From NCBI GenBank assembly GCA_946965045.2, contig OX337229.1, positions 3,596,001 through 3,660,000 of the forward strand: 64,000 bases of DNA, given 5' to 3'. Origin of the DNA: Epithemia pelagica (taxonomy: Eukaryota > Protista > Bacillariophyta). Below, piece by piece: positions 33,201 to 40,089 of the stretch. Within the stretch, counting starts at the first letter, position 1. Every line of letters starts with the position of its first letter. The notes below the pieces were generated by a model that did no database searches, was not told the DNA's origin, and saw only the letters and a list, made by a program, of their open reading frames with translations. A program made the position numbers and the translations under genes.

Positions 33201-35885
33201 GATATCAGTAACCAGAGTATCTCGACCAACAAAGATTTGTGCGACTTTACCGCCATGGTCAACAGCAGGGGTGTCGGAGAAAACCGAGTCAGTAGCAACG
33301 GGTTCATGGCGTCGAGGTATATTAAGGACCGGATTGCGAGCCTTGAAATGTTTCTTGAGGGTGTCGTGGTCAAAAGTAATGCTACCATTACGTGTAGTGT
33401 GCTTGAACGTATCGGCAATAACATCTTCAGATTGCCAACCAAAGAATGGACGGAACTTCTTCCAGTCATACGCTTCCTGGTAACGACGGTGGACAGAGGC
33501 ATGAAGTGTAGGATCAGTACCTTCTGCGTCAGCATAGATAGAAAAGAAGGGTGCGTCGTCAGGTCCATGATCGTATGGGAGATCCAAAAGGAGATTGAGG
33601 TTACAAACAACACGATCAGTGTACTCCCCATAGTTGTCATATGGATGGTTCGACATACTACCATCAGTCTTGACGTGTTTCCAATCAGGATCATTGTCAG
33701 AGGGTGTGGGAGAATACGAATGGTCCAGAACACCAGGATCCCATGTGTCGGGTGACGTGAAGATGATCTGAGGTAAGGTATCCATGTCATCGTCGCTGGG
33801 GATACCCAAGGAGTGGATGTAGGCTAACCCATCCTTGATGTGAAGGGGTATGGCACGACCATCAAGTGTAGTGATGCGTTGTTTACCATCAACTTTAACA
33901 GATCGTTCATCAACAGCAAGTCCGAAATGCTCGAATTGACCAGGAGCATGGATAGATAAGCCCTTCCCATAATAAGCATATTCATTGAAGATGCCGACAA
34001 TAGGTCCATCATTGGTCTCAAACTTTGCGGCACATGTGACGACAGGAAGTCCAGTAAGTTCATGGTTATCAATACCCACAATAGTGATATGGCGGCCAGT
34101 CTTAGAAAGGATGCGCATGTCAGAACCAGCAAGTCCTCCATTAGCACCACGGTCAATCAATTGATTCCCTGGTAAAGTAGATTTCCTGGAAAACAGATAG
34201 CGTGGAACATGTCCTGCTTGTTTATGCATGTTGGCTTTGAAAGTAACCTTCTTGCTCGTCTTGGACTTGGCGTTAGAAAGAACACTAGTCAGGTCAGTTG
34301 CCGGGTGATTGATATCAGTCGTCATGGCTTGGTTGATAAATTGTGTAACCGGATCTGAATCATCTGAATGCTCAGTGACTACGCCAGGTGAGTCGTCATC
34401 AGATGCAACTTGGTTGGGGTCAGGATCAGGTTCCGGATCAATGTCGAGGGCATGTGTTTGCACTGTCCTCGGTGTTGTTGATGAAGGTGCTTGAATCATC
34501 TTGTTATATTCAATGATCAACTTGCGATCTTCTTCAGAAAGTTTGAACCATAGGTCACGCGGTAGACTAACCTTGGACGAAGAGGATGGAGATTCAGATG
34601 TCGCTTTGGTGTTGTGGACATGATACTCCATATCATCTTGTGAGGTTATGTCAGCATCTGTATCTTGGCCATATAGTGATTCATGTTGTTTGACATGTCG
34701 ATGGCGACTATGAACAGATGACTGGGTTGCTTGATCATGGTCATAAGCTGCGTCTAGAAGGAGACGGAAGTATGATTGATAGCAAAGGGATTTTGCACCG
34801 GATTTGGTGTTCACCACATTATCCAAGATCTTGACTCGGCGGAGATCAGGTACCTTTTCTACAGCTTGCATGAGGAAGGTCATCCTGGTATGATCAGGGA
34901 TGCGATCAGACAATGTCACTAAATTGTCTAGCAAACGTAGCTGCTCTTGAAAGTGTAGAAGAAATTGACGTGTTGTTCCGCGCCATGTGTCGTCAAGACG
35001 TAGATTGGAAATGTAGTTGGTTAAGCGGAGGACTTCTCGCTTTGCTAGGTCGGATTCGGTATGCAAAGAGTGTAACTTCTGCAATACGGCACGCGCATCT
35101 TCATCATGTTCATGTTCACGTACATAGGCTCGACCTTGGTCAGTCTGAATGATACGGACAAGAACGGAGTAAAGAAATACTTGTTGCTCTTGAAAAAGTT
35201 CTTCGGCATACTCATCATCACGGGGTGGTGTGTATTTGAAATTCAGAACGTTGGATAGGCCTTGAGCCTTAGCTGTAGTCTTGAATACACGCCAGAATGA
35301 ATCGTAGTATCGTTCATCCTTGAATACCTCATATGCAGTTGCGTCGCGCTTAGTTCCCTTTCTGAATGCTGTAAGGTCTTGTTGAGATTGGGATGCGGCA
35401 GTGACTGTGCTGACAGATTTCACAGATGACGGTGACTTCATTGGCGAGACTGGGACTTGGCTAGGTGGTCCCTTAGAGAAATCTGTGTTGATCCTCCAAG
35501 TGTTGAACTCTTTCCTCGTTAGGTTCATCCAGTCGCTATTGGATAGCTCGTCTTGAATTTCATTGGTCTTGTATGTGGCCCAATAAGCCAAGAGCTTGAT
35601 CTGCTGTCTTGTGGGGCCTTGTAGATCATGTGTCTGTTTGTTGACCTTGTATTGTGTCAGTTCCTTCATGGATTCCTCGGTATTAGTTTGCATATACGAG
35701 ATAACATGGGTAATGTTCTCAAAACCATGGTATTTCATCCACTTCATTAAGTAGTCAGCCCTTTCTTTGGTAAAAAATTGGCAGACAGTAAATATGATGT
35801 GGTCGAATAGGTCTGTGTCCGAGACATTGTCTTGGTTATCTTCTCCCTTAGGAGTCGTAGGTGTCTTGGGTGATTGAGGATCCAT
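30198..35885 (-). CDS. Gag-Pol polyprotein (1895 aa), Copia domain order
   Basis: Protease LIDRGANGG; integrase VATDSVF / LISDGG / HQNKAENRY; RT YVDDLA; RNase H YVDANL / YGSEF / YGDN / NPADILSK. Single frame; the stop codon lies inside the 3' LTR. Confidence 0.97.
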   Translation of the reverse strand: MDPQSPKTPTTPKGEDNQDNVSDTDLFDHIIFTVCQFFTKERADYLMKWMKYHGFENITHVISYMQTNTEESMKELTQYKVNKQTHDLQGPTRQQIKLLAYWATYKTNEIQDELSNSDWMNLTRKEFNTWRINTDFSKGPPSQVPVSPMKSPSSVKSVSTVTAASQSQQDLTAFRKGTKRDATAYEVFKDERYYDSFWRVFKTTAKAQGLSNVLNFKYTPPRDDEYAEELFQEQQVFLYSVLVRIIQTDQGRAYVREHEHDEDARAVLQKLHSLHTESDLAKREVLRLTNYISNLRLDDTWRGTTRQFLLHFQEQLRLLDNLVTLSDRIPDHTRMTFLMQAVEKVPDLRRVKILDNVVNTKSGAKSLCYQSYFRLLLDAAYDHDQATQSSVHSRHRHVKQHESLYGQDTDADITSQDDMEYHVHNTKATSESPSSSSKVSLPRDLWFKLSEEDRKLIIEYNKMIQAPSSTTPRTVQTHALDIDPEPDPDPNQVASDDDSPGVVTEHSDDSDPVTQFINQAMTTDINHPATDLTSVLSNAKSKTSKKVTFKANMHKQAGHVPRYLFSRKSTLPGNQLIDRGANGGLAGSDMRILSKTGRHITIVGIDNHELTGLPVVTCAAKFETNDGPIVGIFNEYAYYGKGLSIHAPGQFEHFGLAVDERSVKVDGKQRITTLDGRAIPLHIKDGLAYIHSLGIPSDDDMDTLPQIIFTSPDTWDPGVLDHSYSPTPSDNDPDWKHVKTDGSMSNHPYDNYGEYTDRVVCNLNLLLDLPYDHGPDDAPFFSIYADAEGTDPTLHASVHRRYQEAYDWKKFRPFFGWQSEDVIADTFKHTTRNGSITFDHDTLKKHFKARNPVLNIPRRHEPVATDSVFSDTPAVDHGGKVAQIFVGRDTLVTDIYGIKSTKQFVNTLQDNIRFRGAMETLISDGGSSLISQKVKDILRTLLIGEYRSEPYHQHQNKAENRYQTVKRMTNALMNATGCPANTWLLCLEYVCDLLNHTSSPTHSGRTPLEALSGRPPDITHLLFFPFWDEVYYRVDPAEPNSGSYPSSSDEKLGHWVGFAHNVGDSFTWKILTQDNQIIYRSAVRRVESTTPNLRVDRPSGEDSSEKDDNDKQADTVFIRSDSEDPSKPMPTIDFDDMIGRTFLCDTEENGERHRARVIKRVIDLNEEATKQEERVKYIYRKTNSDVDEMISYNQLMEYIERDNQAQTSGDNLFRFRDVIAHQGPLNTTDPDYKGSKYNLLVDWETGETTYEPLSLIANDDPITVAIYGKKHDLLNEPGWKHLKRYVKTSKRLIRAAKQSRIKQVHHSVKYKFGFQVPRNYEEAVALDKQHGNTKWQDATELELSQIQSYKTFKDFGKAIFIKGKVSNAPEGYHKIRVHLVFDVKHDGRHKARLVADGHLTKEPVETIYSGVVSIRNLRIALFLGTLNDLEIWGADIGNAYLEALTGEKLFIVAGPEFKELEGHILIIYKALYGLKSSGARWHDVLFDVLTDMGFSPSKADPDIWMRKAPGEDCYEYIAVYVDDLAIISTDPGNICKILKEKYNFKLKGDGPIDFHLGCCYTKDSDGTLVADPRRYIGKMMDTFERIFKEKPKKAKTPLIGGDHPELDDSELLDEEGTNHFQTLIGQLQWVITIGRFDVFTATMTLSRFRAAPRKGHLDRAKRIYGYLAHLPEGAIRFRIGEPDYSSLPTQEFDWTRTVYSNASERIPEDCPTPLGRYVTTTHYVDANLMHDIVTGKSVTAVLHLLNGTPIDWYSKRQSTVETATYGSEFVAARTAIDQITELRHSLRYLGVPIRERSYMYGDNRSVVLNATVPHSILSKRHHLLSYHRVREAIAAKYVAFYWKDGKTNPADILSKHWDFVSIWPMLKPLLFWKGEVQDLNKSNDDKAETTSCGEC

Positions 35886-36205
35886 GGTGTTATTTGGTTG
35901 GTTCGATGTTTATTTAATGTGCGGTGTGATGTGGTTTATTTAATGTGTGATGTGATGTGAACCCGGATGTACCACGTGTGCCACGTATGTACCACGTATA
36001 TGATACCCGGATGTGTGTTGTGATGTGCGACTCCTGGAAAATTCCGTTGATTTCGACAAATTTTCGCCGAGTTTCAACAAATTTTCGCCGAATTTTCGCG
36101 ATTTGACGGGAATGTGTGGCGTGTTGTGCGACCAAGGGTACCCGGATGTGCGTTGAGTTTAAGTCTTGGAAAGGTTTTGAGAGGACGGGAGTTAACTATG
36201 AGTAA

Positions 36206-36985
36206 TTAAGCTTCGGTCTCCGAATCCTCACCCTCTTCCGAATGATCAGAGTCGCTTCCAGGCTCAGATGGGGCAGCACAAGCAACAGAAGAAGGGGAAT
36301 CACCTTCAGCCAGGTGGTTCTCGACCTCGGCACGCAAAGGGTAGATAGTTGCACGATGGTCCTCGATGGTATGGACCTCGTGGATGTAGGCAACGTAGTT
36401 ATCTAGGCGTACAACGTTAGGAGGCAGAGGGCAAGTCGTCGCGTTCACGACGTGGATGGTATTGTAGTATCCAGTTGGGCGCTCGAAGGTTAGGAAGCGG
36501 AGGTGGACAGTACGGATGGGGTTGCCCGAGAGGGCGGCAAAGATGAGGCGACGCCTCGGAGAACGATGAAGTTGGTCGTTCAGACGGTCAATGTCTTCTT
36601 GGTCGACGATGTGGGTCACCGATTGGAACTGGCGTTCGATCTGGGTCTCCCCACGGATGATCTCGGGATCGAAGGTCGAACAAGTTGGTTGGCGGAAGTA
36701 CTTGATATGATCAGCAATCAACCGGGTGGTACGACGGGATCGAGAAGGGACGAGCCGACGAGGCGGACTCGGGGGCCGAAGCAACGGCGCAGGGATTGGA
36801 GCGTGAGGCTGGGTTGGAGTCTCGAATGGGTTGCTGTTGGAACTGTCGACGGAGATGTTGACCGATGTGTTGGCTGCCTTCGGCGTCGGCACCAGTTCCT
36901 GCTGCACCAGGGTATCGGGCTGCCCGGGATGCAGGTTGGCTCGATAGATCTGTCGTACAGGAGTGATAATCTCGTTAGTATCCAT
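36206..36985 (-). CDS. Extra 259-aa ORF between the 5' LTR and gag, function unknown
   Basis: ATG 36 bp after the 5' LTR, same strand as gag-pol; Pro/Arg-rich N-half, globular-looking core, acidic tail. Confidence 0.6.
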   Translation of the reverse strand: MDTNEIITPVRQIYRANLHPGQPDTLVQQELVPTPKAANTSVNISVDSSNSNPFETPTQPHAPIPAPLLRPPSPPRRLVPSRSRRTTRLIADHIKYFRQPTCSTFDPEIIRGETQIERQFQSVTHIVDQEDIDRLNDQLHRSPRRRLIFAALSGNPIRTVHLRFLTFERPTGYYNTIHVVNATTCPLPPNVVRLDNYVAYIHEVHTIEDHRATIYPLRAEVENHLAEGDSPSSVACAAPSEPGSDSDHSEEGEDSETEA

Positions 36986-37010
36986 GAAACCACAAGGAAA
37001 TAAGCTTTGA

Positions 37011-37021
37011 GACTGTTAATC
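37011..37021 (-). other. Putative primer-binding site complementary to a tRNA-Asn(GUU) anticodon arm
   Basis: Element-strand GATTAACAGTC starts immediately after the 5' LTR; its complement GACUGUUAAUC reads as G30-A31-C32-U33-GUU-A37-A38-U39-C40. Confidence 0.55.
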
Positions 37022-37804
37022 TGTTACAATTCTTTCTGAATCGTAGGGACATTGATGCTCGGTAGAGCAGACAATCAGGTAGGTCACCAACCGATACAAG
37101 CTTCTCAGGGTCAGAGAAGCAAGCAAGTCGAAGTCTATCAGAAGGATAGTCGGGACACAAAAGAGGATGTGATAAATGGTGATATTGTTAGATTGTGTGT
37201 TGATTACTACGATAGGTCTACGTGAAATGTTCGGTCCTGCCAAGGGTCATGTATCATAGGTTCTTGGCGGCAACAGGTTTGGAATAGTTGGAGTTGATTC
37301 ATGTGATGTATATGACATGTATATGTGGGCGGATAACATATACAGGGTCAACAGCTCTTGCTTTGGGTTGGCATAGTTGTTTTCATGGCGCGCAGCTTGT
37401 TGACAATTTGGAGATTGTGGGAATGGAAATATGGTCTCGCGTGATCGTGTGTCGTGCTTGGGATACTTAGACCGTTGGATCGGATAGATGCCGATAGCGC
37501 TCGGATGTCGCTTGGGCGCGCTCGACGATTTCGGGCGCGTACGCTTAGGGCGTTAGTATAGTGGCCGAGCAACGGCCAAATTTACGTCCGTTGTAATACC
37601 GCACGACCCAGTTTAGTCTTGAGAGTGAGTTTGTCAATCTATTCTCACTTTTCATGATTTGCGAAGAAATATAGGTCGATATAGCGCGAAGCTAGGAAAC
37701 ATAGCTCGAAGCTAGAGGGCATGATGCGATAGCACGAGGCTATGTGACATGGGGAATCGATGAGATGTAGAATCTAACCACCATAGACGGTGAGAATTCT
37801 AACA
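37022..37804 (-). repeat. 5' LTR of Copia element 1
   Basis: Direct repeat of 29421-30203. Confidence 0.97.
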
Positions 37805-38408
37805 ATTGGGTCCTGAGTGGAAGGATCGCATAATTTTGATTAAGGGACCAGCTCAAGATTTTTGGTTGCGAAACACCCAACGCTACCACAGCGGGAAGAA
37901 TAAGATCGACTGCCCCGCGACCATGAAAGCCCATTTGGCAACCAGTGTCGCGATTGACGAAGAAGATGCTCAGAAGAGGTTTTGGGGCTATTACATCCTA
38001 GCATTCGGTCCGACTATCGAGCTTGACAACCAGATCTTTTCGCGAGAGGAAGGGGTTGTTCCGATCATGAACAACCCGCTTACGCTTAAGAAAGATGATG
38101 CCGACAACAAGTTCGGCCAGAAATTTTTGGGCATGACTGTGTATTGGCGCATTGCAGTTCGTGGAGGCACTAAGATTGGCCAGCAGAAGAAGCGTGAAGA
38201 CGAGGCCAAGAACATGTTTGATGACGGAGATGACTAACTTTTACAACAACAACAACAAATTCCTGATGCATGAAGAGATTTCCATACATGACGAGTAGTT
38301 CTTAGTGATACATGACGAGTAGTTTAAACCTAATTAGTAGTACGAAAACAAACCAATACAGAGTGTTTCTCATATAACACATCATTCTCTATAGATTACT
38401 GTCGACTA

Positions 38409-38852
38409 CTAGTTGTTGTTGTTGCAACGAAAGCGAACTCGACGCCAGCGCTGTTTTTCGACTGGCTTGGATGCCTGAGTCGCAACTGCCTGTTGCAGGT
38501 ATTCGAGAAAGATGTTGGAAATTCGTTTGCCACTGTCACCCTCTGGCAGAATTTCTTCACACTCTGCGAGGGACTTTGCCAAACGCCGCAGCATGGCATC
38601 AATGTCAGCATGCTGCTGAACTGCAGCCTCTTCGTAGTTTGTTGGGTTGCGAATTGCGGTCCTCAGCACGTAGTTTTCGTGCCTGACCTTTGTGCACTTT
38701 TCTTTTCCAGCCTTTAAGGCTACAATCACGTAGACAAAGCATGTGCTGCACTGCCTGTCTCGATTTAGCCATCCATAGAGGCCCTGATAGGTGCCTCCCA
38801 CGAACTTGATTGCTGCTCCCTTGGTCGGTGGTTGTTCTGCCGGCGCTGGCAT
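38409..38852 (-). CDS. Transposon ORF C, 147-aa protein with KOW-like N-terminal motif
   Basis: Clean ORF inside the TIRs, convergent with ORF B; IKFVGGTYQGLYGWL resembles a KOW-type beta motif, followed by a helical region. Confidence 0.6.
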   Translation of the reverse strand: MPAPAEQPPTKGAAIKFVGGTYQGLYGWLNRDRQCSTCFVYVIVALKAGKEKCTKVRHENYVLRTAIRNPTNYEEAAVQQHADIDAMLRRLAKSLAECEEILPEGDSGKRISNIFLEYLQQAVATQASKPVEKQRWRRVRFRCNNNN

Positions 38853-39059
38853 TTTGATGTTGTTGTTGTTGTTTTGGGGGTCGGTAGGGTCAGCACGACA
38901 GTATGTTTGATTATTGCTATAAAAATACAAAGAAGCATTGTGAGAATGACGAACGAGCACAAGATACGAAGCAGCAATCAAACAAGCAACTTACCATTTA
39001 TGAGCACAACGATTCATCCAGGGGACAGCAAACAGTTCTCACCAGATGGCGATGTTGGT

Positions 39060-39134
39060 GCGAGCGATGGAGTTGCAAGCGATGGAGGTGCAAGCGATGG
39101 AGGTGCAAGCGATGGAGGTGCAAGCGATGGCGGT
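39060..39134 (+). repeat. 15-bp tandem repeat x5 (GCAAGCGATGGAGGT)
   Basis: Three exact units (39075-39119) flanked by two variant units. Confidence 0.95.
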
Positions 39135-39199
39135 GTTAGCAATGATCGCAAATCTGGGCGACATGACATCGTGGAGGCGAAGGAAAAGCGAACGGCGAT

Positions 39200-39441
39200 T
39201 GGAAACAATGGAAACAACGTGGAAACAACGGGCACACGACTGGAAACAATGGAAACAACGTGGAAACAACGGGCACACGACTGGAAACAATGGAAACAAC
39301 GTGGAAACAACGGGCACACGACTGGAAACATCTGGAAACAACTGGAAACAACTGGAAACAACTGGAAACAACGGAAACAACTGGAAACACGACTGGAAAC
39401 AACGGAAACAACGGAAACAACTGGGAACACGACTCGAAACA
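39200..39441 (+). repeat. Right subterminal (T)GGAAACA repeat array
   Basis: Same units as 26139-26350 and on the same strand, e.g. CGTGGAAACAACGG(A/G)CACACGACTGGAAAC. Confidence 0.95.
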
Positions 39442-39638
39442 TCCTAAGTAAAATGTGCGAAAACGAATTTCAACAGTCTTTATTATTGTCTAGCCGTTAA
39501 TATGTCCATTCAACCGTTAAGAATACAATTACTATCACGAGCCATGAATAAGTAATTTTCTACGTTTCATGGCCCGCTTTGTATTTAGCGATCATTTGAA
39601 GTAGAGTTCTTATTACTTATTGGACTACACGTGCAACG

Positions 39639-39668
39639 GGCCAGTGGTAACATTTTTCACAGGTGTCC
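39639..39668 (-). repeat. Right TIR of Harbinger-like element
   Basis: Reverse complement matches the left TIR at 23/30; followed by the CAG TSD. Confidence 0.85.
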
Positions 39669-40089
39669 CAGGTGCAAGTGGGAGTCGCGTATGAGTCCTC
39701 TTGGGAGTCAAAGGATTTGGTCGTGATCAGCAGTCCCAACGCATGCGATAACTACCCAGGATTCAAACAAGACCTGAAGCCTGCATATCCGTTATCTCAC
39801 GATGGTTAATTAAAGAGTCGGCATGGAAAAAGACGGTTACACAACGACAGTTTTCTGTTCGGCGCAGATGGGAGCGCGCGACGAGAAATGTGATGTCAAG
39901 ACCCAAATTCGCCATTTATTGGGCCAACAGAATCACCTTGACTGTTAGGAGTCGTATAGAGGTAAGACGGAGTTTGTGGGAAGGAAAAGCCGAAAGAACT
40001 CGTTTTCGTGGACAAAAAAGACAGCGCCGTCAACAAATTAAAGTGACTCGATAGTATATTTGCCGAACAGGTGAGATCCATTAGCCCCA

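Larger units (their letters stand above)
29421..37804 (-). mobile_element. Intact Ty1/Copia LTR retrotransposon (diatom CoDi-like), 8384 bp
   Basis: Two 783-bp LTRs with TGTTA...TAACA termini, 5-bp TSD ATTGG (29416-29420 and 37805-37809), a polypurine tract next to the 3' LTR, and PR-IN-RT-RH order. Confidence 0.97.
28430..38237 (+). pseudogene. Transposon ORF B (472 aa when restored), split by the LTR retrotransposon: 28430-29420 + 37810-38237
   Basis: Removing 29421-37809 (element plus one TSD copy) fuses ...EQFGL to GPEWKDRIIL... in frame (1419 nt in total). The N-terminal RRKVQLRWSKLKRK resembles a Myb/SANT-like recognition helix. Confidence 0.85.
25923..39668. mobile_element. PIF/Harbinger-like DNA transposon (about 5.36 kb without the nested LTR element), four ORFs
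   Basis: Imperfect 30-bp TIRs (23/30 identical, first 8 bp GGACACCT perfect) flanked by a 3-bp CAG duplication (25920-25922 and 39669-39671); encodes a DDE_Tnp_4-type nuclease. Confidence 0.85.

Noticed and set aside
29307-37934. Short ORFs duplicated in both LTRs (e.g. 29687..29869 = 37288..37470; 29747..29971 = 37348..37572)
   Set aside because: They repeat only because the LTRs do; short, with no recognisable motifs.
26139-39441. GGAAACA arrays as CRISPR arrays or as coding ORFs (26069..26455, 26127..26378, 39014..39447 etc.)
   Set aside because: Units are short and irregular with no unique spacers and no cas genes; the ORFs are simply translations of the repeat in several frames.
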